DNA of 54,235 nucleotides, counting the filler, from Jimgerdemannia flammicorona (lineage: Eukaryota), in NCBI GenBank assembly GCA_003990765.1. It is 3 parts of 3 records of this genome, joined end to end, with 100 filler letters (N's around TTAATTAATTAA, not from the genome) between each part and the next. Parts side by side here need not be neighbours in the genome. Positions count along the whole stretch, not along the records: positions 1 to 18,014 come from RBNJ01002329.1; positions 18,115 to 36,125 come from RBNJ01002330.1; 1 more part is not named here. One strand, 5' to 3'. The notes under the pieces were generated by a model that was not told the origin of the DNA, did no database searches, and saw nothing but the letters and a program-made list of their open reading frames with translations. Shown piece after piece: positions 12,264 through 22,532 of this stretch. The position numbers and the translations under genes were made by a program. Every line of letters starts with the position of its first letter. Position 1 is the stretch's first letter.

Positions 12264-14086
12264 TTTACAATCCAATTCCACTTCAAGATGCTTCCTCACC
12301 CTGCTATAAACCCTTCTGCAAATTCCTACAAGTTGGTATAAAGCCCAACCTCTGAACTGGAATTTATCCTGAACTATCTGACAATCTGGAGAGAATTGAA
12401 TCTGACATATAAGGACAATTTGACCTCCACACCTGCAACAAGTGGGACAAACTTCATTTAAAGAAAGAAGTACTCTGATTAAACCAGCAAATAGGCAAAA
12501 CCCTATTCACCAAACTCCTTGCACTATATCCAGCAAGTCAGGACAAAGAAGGTCTTATAGAAGCCTTCTTTACTCTTCTCAATAAGAGTTTTGTTAGCTC
12601 AACAAATCTGAGCGACCTAGGACAACCAGCAGCAGTCTTTTTAGCCTTAGTTTCTCACAAAGCCCAAGCCTCTGTAGCCAAGTAGCTCAACTCTACTGAC
12701 TTTCACCATAACAGGACCAAGACTGCATTATACTACCGATTCCAGAACAATAAGGCCTACCATATTCTTAAAGAAGAAGTAAGAGAAACCCTCCATCAAC
12801 TACCTGACCCTGAACCAGAAGCAGGCCCTACTACTGCTTTACCTGAATCTGAAACCAACACTGAACCAGAACTTGACTTTGAATTAAGTCCATCTGAAAT
12901 CAGATATACAACTAATTCTGTCTACTTTGATACCGAGCAAACCCAATTATATGGGGACCAAACTGAAGAGGAGGAGGAGTATCTCAGTAAATTCGATCCC
13001 GGATACACCACCAAAGGAGACATACCTCCATCAGGCCAGAATACATCTATACAGCAACAGACAGCTATCTATCAAGCCCTTACTCCAGACCCACAACTAC
13101 TACTCCAGCAACTTACACAGACTCAAAGAACACCCTCACACTCTGCACCAATACCTCAAGTAGTACCAGTAACACTACTACCAGCAGTTCAACCACCTCC
13201 AGTAAACAACATGACAAACCAACAGATTTTAGACCTCACAGCCCAGGTAGCCATAATGGCAGCAACCATTACTGCCTTAGCCGAACAGACCTGACCTACC
13301 AAAAATCTGAGCCTACCTACCTTCAATGGTACTGCACAAGAAGTCCAAAGCTTTATTAGTGTAGTTGACACCAACTTCAAAGCCAATCAATGGACTGATA
13401 AACGAGTTGCTGACCGCCTTCTGACAAACAATCAAGACCACACTCTGGAACAACTCTTTGCTACCACTACAGCCTATATCCGCCAAGTTGTTATATTCTT
13501 CCAAGGACCCGCTGAAGAATGGTGGTGAACCCTTCCTGAAAAATCCCTCACATGGGACACCCGACCTGCAGTAGTTGCTCAGAATGCAGCAAATAATGTC
13601 TCAGGATATGGAGCCCATCCTACAGCCCCTGAACTCAAACAACTCATGATTGCTCAATACCACAGCGAAACCATGATTGCTGAATCCCAGGTAAAACTCT
13701 GCAATCTCAAATTTAATGTACATGGTAAAGAAGAATTCAAAACCTTCTGTACAGAACTTGAGTCACTCCTGAACACTGTTGGCCTAGGATATATTGCCAA
13801 TGATGAAGCACGAAATAGTACAAGAGCAGACCATTTATTCAATGTCCTGCCTGAATGGCTTACTAGAAAAATCCGAGAACAAGGCTGCCCAGTTGGTTGC
13901 GATCACCAACAATGGTACCTGACAAGAATCAAGACTATGGTCAAGCGAATCTTAACAGCTGGACCAATTCTGCCCCAAAGACAATTCAACAACAAGGAAA
14001 AGACTTGGACCAAGAAAGAAGAACCCAAGACCAATCTCCAGAATGCTACCGACTTAGTTCAGGAATATGATTCCTTGAACAACTGA
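12264..14086 (+). pseudogene. gag of the nested element fused to the C-terminal end of a chromodomain
   Basis: Colinear with 6781-8553, then diverges at GAACCCAAG (14021-14029) into EPKTNLQNATDLVQEY*, matching the chromodomain tail (W)EPxxNLxNAxxLVxxY. Confidence 0.75.
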
Positions 14087-14501
14087 AACCTGAATACTCT
14101 GACACCTATCAGTACATACTATATATTACTATCCTGAACACTATAATTATCATGAACAAAATCAAGAACTCAGCAAGTCAAGACAAAACAATACCGATCT
14201 TCAGAAAAAATAGCAAAACTGAAAGCAAGCCTATTCTCCCCATACCACTGGTGAGAAATGAGGCATAGATATTTAAGAAGATTCCTTAGAGGAAATTCTC
14301 CAGCAGTGAATGACGTCAGAATCACTTCTGGCACACAGCATCGAACACACGACCCTTTAACATGTGAATCCAATGCGTTAGGCAACTGTACTACAAGCAT
14401 GCCACTTTCTGAAAAAATGGACTTTACCAGACTTTTGATCTCCCAAATGGTGTAACAATACTAGAACAAATTAGAAGGCCCCAATGAGAACATCGAAAGC
14501 T

Positions 14502-14514
14502 AAGAAGGGGAGAG
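14502..14514 (+). promoter_or_regulatory. Polypurine tract (AAGAAGGGGAGAG)
   Basis: Separated by 1 nt from the 3' LTR start at 14516. Confidence 0.88.
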
Positions 14515-14515
14515 T

Positions 14516-16586
14516 TGTAAGTGCACAACCTCCAAGCCACAGAATCACATGTCACCCTCTGAACAAGCCACCAAAATCACACGTAACCTCCGAACAAATC
14601 TGGAAATCACCTGCAAGATCATGAAGCTGAGTCAAACCAAAGTCACAGCGTACAAAGCTGAGTCAACATGAAGTCACAGAACACAAGATTCACACAAACA
14701 GAATCTTACCAATCAGGACAAAATGCATATATACCGAGCATTGAGATGTATCGAAACAGAGAACCAAAACAAACAACAGCCACAACTTCTAAATATACAC
14801 AAACATGACCACCGAGATCTACAACCACATCTGCACTGATATTTGGAATGCCATTATCAACCAAACCACACCCCCTCTGTCCCTTATGAATATCCATAGC
14901 CTGGCACCCCTCTATTTTGTGGAAGCCTGATGGAATGCTCTGAATATGCTTAATGAGGCCCACCGGATTGAACAAATCTCAAGCTACTACCAGATCGGCC
15001 ACCTCCTAGAAGACATAGTCAAACACCACTATGATACAGACATTACCCAGATGTCTCAACACCAGAAACTCATTGCCCGCAAACATCGAGAACTCCTTTA
15101 CAAGTACAGTACCTTTATTCCCTGTCTCAGAGTTACTACCAGCGAAATGGTTGCCACCCTGTCCTATGGCCAAATCGACAACATGATACAAGAACTCAAC
15201 CACAAGTACCTCGAGTATGTTGAAACCACAGACAGAACCTTCCCGCACCCTGATGACCACATCCTGCAAATGCCCCAAGTTGGATACACCATGAAGGATG
15301 TCTACAATATAATCCAATTTGATGAAGATGAAAGAAGACAATGATTCCTCCGATGCTGACATGACCTCAAGCCAAAGATCCCTGCCAACTCTGATCACTC
15401 CGCCAATATTGCCGATGAACTTACAATAGTTCATAACGACCTATGAGACTTATTGGGACAATGACCACTAGCATGAATACCAACCTGCGTTCACCCCCGA
15501 TTACTTCAATTATAATGAAGAGACCGGAGAACACAACCTGTACCTTCAGACAACCCTTGATATTGAACCAACCACTCCACCACCTGAGTACGAGTGTCAC
15601 AAACCACAGCCACTAGCCTATTACAACCCCATGACCCATAGTGCTGTAACTTATAGAAGGTATGTAGATAGTGAATCCAATGAAAGTGAAGATAATGCAC
15701 TCCTCCTTCACCCACCAACACCTTATTCAGCATACAAGACAGATGATGCTATCTTGTGGGATGGTGATGAAGTCCCAATGTATTATTACCTCAGCGAACA
15801 AGGAGAAGTAATTCACGAACCACTCATCCTAGACAACTACTTCATCAGAGATGATGCAATTGATAGTGATGTCATCGAAGACTACCCAGACAGCATCTAA
15901 ACCTATAAATAGCTTAGTAGTCATAGTATAGTTAGATTAGCCTTATATGACATGACTGTAAACTGACTCAGCAGTCAGACGATCTCTTGACATGTCAGAT
16001 CACACTTGTACTACGTGACTGCATTCTGACTCAGCAAGGCACTTAGTGCTATATCTATATCTAGCATAGTCCAGATAGCCTCTCACTAGTATAAATACCC
16101 CCTCTCCCAGACCTCAGAATCTCAGACTTGAACACTTGAACAATCTGAATACAACTCCTGGGCACTTCCCCACAATATCCCTTTACACAACTACTCCTAG
16201 TATAGCAATATCATGAATAGCGAATAAACCTATTTAATAACCCACAACCCACTCTTAAGTAAATCTGCTCCCTGTTAGGTCCCACTCCTAACCCTATCAC
16301 AAAATTTCCTAATTGGGTATTATCTGCAGCGATATGCTGATTCAACTAAGCTAGTCTTAGTTTCTTGAACTTCCTGAAATACGGAAAATCCTGAACATCC
16401 AGAACTAGTCCGAAATAGGACTTTGGTTGAGACGTCAACCCAATCTTGAAATCAATAAGTGTAGAGGACATACTCCATATGAAATTGATCTTGACCATAA
16501 GAAAACAGTCTTCTAGAATATCCAGAACTTCCAGAAAACCCTTCCAGAACTATGTAACAGTTACCCTAAAAAGCAAACCTCTTACA
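14516..16586 (+). repeat. Family A 3' LTR (2071 bp)
   Basis: Direct repeat of 10176-12248; preceded by the PPT and followed by the TSD. Confidence 0.96.
14805..15900 (+). pseudogene. U3-encoded ORF, 3' LTR copy
   Basis: ATG 14805 MTTEIYNHI..., TGA at 14928, a 2-bp deletion near 15332 and further TAG stops. Track pieces 14946..15344 and 15631..15900. Confidence 0.82.
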
Positions 16587-16591
16587 ATTAC

Positions 16592-17446
16592 CTTATAGTG
16601 CACCAGTCCTCTTTGTTGTCAAGAAAGGAGGAGACCTATGAATGTGTATTGATTACTAAGACCTCAACAAACAGACCATCAAGAACTGTTACCCACTACC
16701 CAGAATTGATGAAATATTTGACAGGCTTACCAATACACAATTCATGAGCTCTTTTGACATACGAAATGGCTACTGGAAAATTGCCATGAAAGAAGAAGAC
16801 ATCTACAAGACAGCCTTTCAAACTTACTATGGACATTTCGAATTTCTGGTTATACTCTTTGGCTTAACTAATACTCCAGCAACCTTCTAGACTCTGATGA
16901 ATACTATCCTGTATCCATACCTGGACAAATTTATTGTTGTCTACATTGATGATATCCTAGTCTTCAGCAAAACCCTGGAGGAACATCTTGAACACCTTGA
17001 ACTAGTGCTACTGAAACTCTGAGAAAACTGACTCTTCGCAAAACTTAGCAAATGCAAATTTCTCCTGAAAGAAATCCAATTCCTTGGATATATTGTCACA
17101 CTGAATGGAATCACAAAATCTCCGCAATCAAGGATTGGCCCAGACCCAAGAAACTGAAAGACCTCCAGTCATTTCTAGGATTAGCAAACTATTATAGGCA
17201 ATTTGTTGCCAACTTCACCAAAATCACTACTGCCCTTACCCAAATGACCAAGCACAATAAGAAAGAAAAACAGTCCTGGACTATGAAATAAGAAAAAAAC
17301 TTCAAAAATCTTGTAAATTGGGGACCTGAACAAGATACAGCCTTTCAAACACTAAAAGATGCCTTGATAATCACTCCAGTACTTCAAGTGGCAAACCCTG
17401 CCCTACTATATGAAGTTACTACTGATGCCTCTGATCTAGCCCTTGG
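16592..17446 (+). pseudogene. Family A reverse transcriptase and start of RNase H (continuation of outer copy)
   Basis: [42 protein letters not shown] and VTTDASDLALG. Confidence 0.95.
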
Positions 17447-18014
17447 TGTAAGAGGGTTGCTTTTTAGAGTAACTGTTACGTAGTTCTGGAAGGGTTTTCT
17501 GGAAGTTCTGGATATTCTAGAAGACCATTTTCTTATGGTCAAGATCAATTTCATATGGAGTACATCCTCTATGCTTATTGATTTCAAGATCGGGTTGATG
17601 TCTCAACCAAAGTCCTTTTTTGGACTAGTTCTGGATGTTCAGGATTTTCTGTATTTCAGGAAGTTCAAGAAACTAAGACCAGCTTAGTTGAATTGGCGTA
17701 TCGCTGCAGACAATACCCAATTAGGAAATTTCATGACGGGGTTAGGAGTAGGACCTAACGGGGAGCGGATTTACTTAAGAGTGGTTTGTGGATTATTAAA
17801 TAGGTTTATTTGCTATTCATGATATTGCTATACTAGGAGTAGTTGTGTGAAGGGGTATTGTGGGGAAGTGCTCAGGAGTTGTGTTCAGATTGTTCAAGTC
17901 TGAGATTCTGAGGTCTGGGGGAGGGGGTATTTATACTAGTGAGGGGCTATCTGGACTATACTAAATATGGATGTAGCACTTAGTGCCTTGCTGAGTCAGA
18001 ATGCAGTCACGTAG
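17447..18014 (-). repeat. Family A LTR in reverse orientation inserted in RNase H (3' or solo LTR, cut by contig end)
   Basis: Reverse complement of the LTR end (TGTAAGAGGGTTGC...), matching ~11675-12248; no PBS follows it. Confidence 0.92.
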
Positions 18015-18114
18015 NNNNNNNNNNNNNNNNNNNNNNNNNNNNNNNNNNNNNNNNNNNNTTAATTAATTAANNNNNNNNNNNNNNNNNNNNNNNNNNNNNN
18101 NNNNNNNNNNNNNN
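18015..18114. other. Artificial contig spacer (44 N, TTAATTAATTAA, 44 N)
   Basis: Six-frame stop linker inside Ns. Confidence 0.97.
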
Positions 18115-20869
18115 GTGGTATGGGTCTGGCTTTCTGGTAGATAGGCTTGGTATCACCAGTGTCAACTTCATGGTAGTACTTGGGTTCTTGATTGTGGATA
18201 TCCCTAAAGTCTGTAGCAAGTACTCCTTCATTCTGGTGCAGAATCTTGAGAAGTTGTTCCTCCAGGGAAAAGTTTTCTCTAATGGTATATGTGTGCTTGT
18301 TCTGGTCCTTGTCTTTCTTGTGCTCGAGTTCGGTAATCTTGGTGGCAGCGTAGGCTCCTCTTCCAGTAGATCCAAAGCCTTGTTCTCCCCTCTTGGTCTT
18401 GATAAGTTCAGTGGCCTCTATGATCTTGGGCTTCTTGATTTCGTGGATCAGCATCTGGCCAATCCTGTCATGCTTCTTGACTTCAAAGGGGGTGGTGTAG
18501 TTGTGATTTCTGACTATGAGAAAAATCTCACCAGTGTAATCAGGGTCAATTACTCCTCCTTTAACTGAGATTTTGCTTTTGGCCAGACTGCTCCTGGTCT
18601 TGATAATTCTGGCATGGTTTTCTGGCAACTTGACTCCAATTCCAGTGCCAAGTAGGGTGGTGGTCTGTGGTTTGAGAGTAGCATTTTGGATGCTGGCAAG
18701 GTCCATTCCTATGGCTCCTTCAGTCTTGTATTCTGGGATCTTGGCTTTAGGGTGAAACTTCTTGACCTTGAGAGTGATGTCTGGTTCTTGTTCCTCCTCA
18801 TCGTCACTGTCAGCTTGAAGCTCTGGGGGCTGGTCATCTTCTTCGGCTTTCCTTTTTGTTTCGGCAGCTTCTTGCTCATGTTTCTGTTGGCGGATTTTCC
18901 TGACTTCACTAATATAGGACCAGCAGTCATTCAGGTGTTTGGAGCAGTACATCCTAGTACCATGGGGGCATCTTCCTTGAGGGGCATAGCCATCGATGAT
19001 CTTGTTGTACCACTGCTCATCTGTGAGCTTGGGTGTCTTGTTCTTGTTCTTGTTCACCGAGTGTATGAAGACCTCTGTGTCTTCTTCATCTCCTTCCTCC
19101 ATGTCTGGCAGGACTCCTTTATGGACATTGATAGAAACTCGTACCTTTCTCCCTCTGTAGTTGATCTGCATCTTCTGGGCATTGAGGTCAATGATGGCCT
19201 TGGCCTTGTGAAGCCATTGGTTGCCAATGAGGATGTCATAGTTGGTGGCGCTTATAACAATCACATCTACTAGGATGGTAGCTCCTCCTATCTTGATGGA
19301 GACTTCTCAGATTTTGCCAAGGGGGGTAGCTTGTGTACTGTCTGCTGTGACATAGACCATCTTGGTGGACTCTTCAATGTCCCAACCTAGGCGGTCAATT
19401 GCTTTCTTGCTCATGAGGCATCCTCCAGCACCAGTATCAATGATGGTATCAAAGATACAGTCTACGATCTAGCAGGGGATATAGGCTGATGTCTTGCGCT
19501 GGTCTTCAGATTCTTCACCTGAGTTCTCAGATTCTTCTTGTGCATTGTGAGCTTCTACAATCTTGTACTCTTAATTCTTGACAGTGGTTGCAAGTCCTAC
19601 TCTCAACTGTTGTCTGAAGGCAGGGACCTCAGCTAGCTGCCCAAAAGTGGCATTGACCTTCTGTTCCTTGAGGTCCTTGTAGATATCATACTGGTAGATC
19701 TTGGTCTTGCACAGCTTCTGTTCCTTCTTGCTCTCGCTTTCTCCTGAGACTGGAGTAGTGCCTTCGATAATTTGGCAGGCAGTCTCATCTAACTCCATAT
19801 CTTGATCAATCTCCTTGTGTTGGGTCTTGCTTTGAATAGTGACAGCTGGAGTCTTCTTTGGTCTTCTAACTGGCTTGCTGTTGCTCTTCTTATCATAGGG
19901 CTTGGACCGGGTTCTGGTACCTTCAGTAGCAGGGTAGAATTCGAGCTCCTCGTAATACTCTTCATCATCAGTGTCATCGATCTTCTTGATGACTACTGCA
20001 TTGGTTTGTTCTCTGGTTCTGCTAGTATTACTTGGTTGGGTTTTGCATCTTGTTTTGGTCATGCAATTCTTTGCATAGTGGCCTTCTTCTCCACATCGGA
20101 AGTATGTAATGTTATTGCATTCTTCTGTAGCAGCTGCAAATCTCTGCACTGGTCTCCTATTGGTGCTTCGGACTTCTCTAACAACATCACCAAGGTGTGT
20201 AGTCATCTTGGCAAACTGCTTGGCAAGTTCTTCCACTGGATCAGCTTTGGCTATCTTGGGGTTAGGTGGAGTTGGTTGTCTGTTTACAACTGTGGCAGGT
20301 AAGATACTAGTTGGCTTTGATGGCTCCATCTTGATGCCAGTTATTTTCTCCATTGAGTGTTTGGCAGGGTGTCTGGCTGTCTAATATCTCTGTGCAAAGA
20401 CCACTTTCTGATCAAGGGTCAGTGTAGCTGGGGTAGACCGGATTGCTAGGGCAATTTCAGAGTGAACTCCTTTAAGGAAGGTTGAATCCGCTATTTGTTC
20501 CTTGAGGCAGTCATCATAGCCAGCCAAGACAATCTGGTGGCAGTTTCGGGTATAGAATGAGTTGGGATCTTCACTAAGTCTCTGGCAGATAGTATTGAGT
20601 TGATCCTTGAGAGCTTGCTTGATCTCTTCAGTATAATATGTTGTTCTGAGGAAGGCCTTCATGTTGGCAAGTTTGGCTGCACCAGCATCAGCAATGGTGG
20701 CTGCATTGAACTTGTCTCTGGCAGGTCCTCTGAGGCTGACTGGTAGAAGGGCCAATTGAGCATCCACACCAAGGACTCGTATGGCGGTAAATTGTTCAAA
20801 GTCTTCAATGAAGGTCAGGATTGACTCTTCAGTAGTATATCTATAGAATGTGGGGGGATGCATTTCCAT
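18115..20869 (-). pseudogene. Family B gag-protease-dUTPase polyprotein with a few in-frame stops
   Basis: Track ORFs 20381..20869, 19571..20353 and 18059..19264 lie in one frame. dUTPase motifs AIGMDL, RSSLA, GGVIDPDYTGEI, RIGQ and RGEQGFGSTG at ~18357-18780. Confidence 0.9.
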
Positions 20870-20971
20870 CTTGTCTTGAATTCTTGCAGGGGTGACTCTT
20901 GTAGTCAGAGTAGTTGTTGTGGGGGTTGTTCGTTTTTCAGCTTGAAAGTGAGGGATTCATCTTGAATCACC

Positions 20972-20986
20972 AGCCAATGGGCACCA
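20972..20986 (-). promoter_or_regulatory. Primer-binding site of family B (TGGTGCCCATTGG; cognate tRNA not assigned)
   Basis: Starts TGG after a 3-nt spacer (ACT) following the LTR end, the same spacer as family A. Confidence 0.7.
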
Positions 20987-21295
20987 AGTTGTCACGTAGT
21001 GGTCGCTGAGTCCTTCAAATACGCCAGATTCTCTTCAAGGTATATCTCTTAGACTAACTCAAGTTGTTATAAGCAAGTTCTTATTGGAGTGCCTTCCCAA
21101 GATCTTATAGTCCTCAAACTTCTTATCTTTAACTGTCTTGTTATCTCTTAGATTGCTTGCAAGGAAGTGTGTATATTGCACTGAGAGGAACTGACTTTAT
21201 TTCAGAGAAAATAAGAGAGGTATTTATACAAAATATAATTCAATGGTTGCTAAGATATAAAGCTAAATATAAATTCTAATAACTAAAACTACTAA

Positions 21296-21435
21296 GTTCC
21301 AGGGCTGGCATTATTTAGTACCACATCAAAATACCAGTGCTGGAACAGTTTCACGTCACCTCAGAATACCAGTGCTAGCATTATCCAGTGTTACATGAGA
21401 ATACTGGTGCTGGCATTATCCAGTATAACAAAGAA
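21296..21435. repeat. Four 35-bp tandem units with near-palindromic core CCAGTGCTGG in family B U3
   Basis: Units start at 21296, 21331, 21366 and 21401; about five units in the copy 2 LTRs (~36350-36522, ~43540-43710). Confidence 0.8.
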
Positions 21436-21436
21436 C

Positions 21437-22291
21437 TTAGAGCAGAAAGTTCAGGATTATGGGAGCTTCGTCATCATCATCATTATCACTGAAGGATATG
21501 AGGTCTGCGAATTTGTCATATAGATCATACGTTTCGCATACTTCGCATGCCTCATCATGCAGTTCACGTGCTTCGGGTATGTCGTGCGGGATGATGTCAT
21601 CGATGACGTCATCACGTTCGGCTGTGGCGGGGAAGTCGGGAACAAGGTCTGGGGCTCTCCAGTCTATGAGGTTCTCTTTCACAAAATAGGGGACAAATGT
21701 GGGGTCTTGGGGAGATCTAACCCAGATGCTTGGGCCTTGGAATACTGAGATCAATCCTTGCAGGAATTGGTCTGGGTTGTTCTGAAGGATAGGGTACCAG
21801 AAGTCTTCTACTTTTTTGCTATTGAGGGTGATGGTGGACTGGGCTTCTGTAGCTACCCTGGCTTCTAGTGCATTGATATGGCAGGATGATAGGTCTCTGA
21901 AGTCTGAGACTCTAACATACTCCAAGTTGGGGATTGACCATGGTGCATGCCTGAAGATCTGATGGATCTTCTTTGCTGTCCTTGCCTCACGTAGGTCCAT
22001 GGGGGTGGCATCTTGTAGCTCTTGAGGGCTGGCCTGTGGGAACTCCCAGCAGAGGAGGTTTCCTATTTCGTACTCCTGCCACATTTGGAGGCATTCGGTG
22101 GCAATGGTGATCCTTGTTTCCATTTGACGGCGGTAGAGGATAAAGTAATAAGGGTCTGCAGTACCCAGGTTGATGCTAGGAGTCCTTCTTGAGCAGGTCC
22201 TCATGGCTCTTCTGATGTCTTGAAACATCCTTTCCTCGACTGAGATATCTTGATGATTCCTTGACCTTGAGGTTTGGCAGGCAGCAGGCAT
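21437..22291 (-). CDS. Intact U3-encoded protein of the family B LTR, 284 aa, unknown function (conserved N-terminal domain plus acidic tail)
   Basis: Open from ATG to stop entirely within the LTR and upstream of the TATA box. Hand alignment to the family A U3 ORF; decayed copies in the other two family B LTRs. Confidence 0.85.
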   Translation of the reverse strand: MPAACQTSRSRNHQDISVEERMFQDIRRAMRTCSRRTPSINLGTADPYYFILYRRQMETRITIATECLQMWQEYEIGNLLCWEFPQASPQELQDATPMDLREARTAKKIHQIFRHAPWSIPNLEYVRVSDFRDLSSCHINALEARVATEAQSTITLNSKKVEDFWYPILQNNPDQFLQGLISVFQGPSIWVRSPQDPTFVPYFVKENLIDWRAPDLVPDFPATAERDDVIDDIIPHDIPEARELHDEACEVCETYDLYDKFADLISFSDNDDDDEAPIILNFLL

Positions 22292-22532
22292 TTTGTTTGT
22301 AGTAAGTCTTTGAGCTATTTTGGGATTGGAGTTCTTGTTGGTTGCTGCTACTGTGGTTCCTTGATCCTTCTTTTATATTCTTCAGGATGCTTATGCTGTG
22401 GTCACAATGACTCACAGTTGGTCATCATTGCTCATCTCGTATACCATATGATCTTCTTGTACTCTGATCTGGTGGCTTGTAAAGAAAGGCTGTCTCCTGT
22501 GCTGATGTCATCATTCTGGGGTCACCATTACA

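Larger units (their letters stand above)
10176..16586 (+). mobile_element. Nested non-autonomous family A element (LTR, gag, chromodomain stub, LTR) with 5-bp TSD ATTAC
   Basis: LTRs 10176-12248 and 14516-16586 (TGTAAG...CTTACA), PBS 12252, PPT 14502-14514. ATTAC at 10171-10175 and 16587-16591. No dUTPase, PR, RT or IN core in the 2267-bp interior. Confidence 0.96.
6037..17446 (+). mobile_element. Ty3/Gypsy LTR retrotransposon family A, outer host copy (5' LTR truncated; interrupted twice by same-family insertions)
   Basis: Partial LTR 6037-6765, PBS, gag with CCHC knuckle, dUTPase and protease. RT is split at 10175/16592 and reads FIRPSI-LPYSAPVLFVVKKGG across the insertion. YIDD present; RNase H start TDASD is cut at 17446. 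Confidence 0.93.
18115..22532 (-). mobile_element. Ty3/Gypsy family B copy 1, 5' half (LTR, PBS, gag, PR, dUTPase; cut by contig end)
   Basis: LTR 20990-22532 (TGTAAT...GTGACA on minus). gag MEMHPPTFY..., knuckle remnant YFRCGEEGHYAKNC, protease IDTGAGGCL, dUTPase, then the pre-RT segment HEVDTGDTKPI. Confidence 0.93.
20990..22532 (-). repeat. Family B 5' LTR (1543 bp)
   Basis: TG...CA ends, minus-strand TATAAATACC near 21220-21229; homologous to 36226-37530 and 43232-44748. Confidence 0.94.

Noticed and set aside
18059..18070. TTAATTAATTAA palindrome (also 36170-36181)
   Set aside because: Artificial six-frame stop linker embedded in Ns.
21296..21435. 35-bp periodic palindromic repeats resembling a CRISPR array
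   Set aside because: Units are contiguous without unique spacers, lie inside a eukaryotic LTR, and no cas genes are present.
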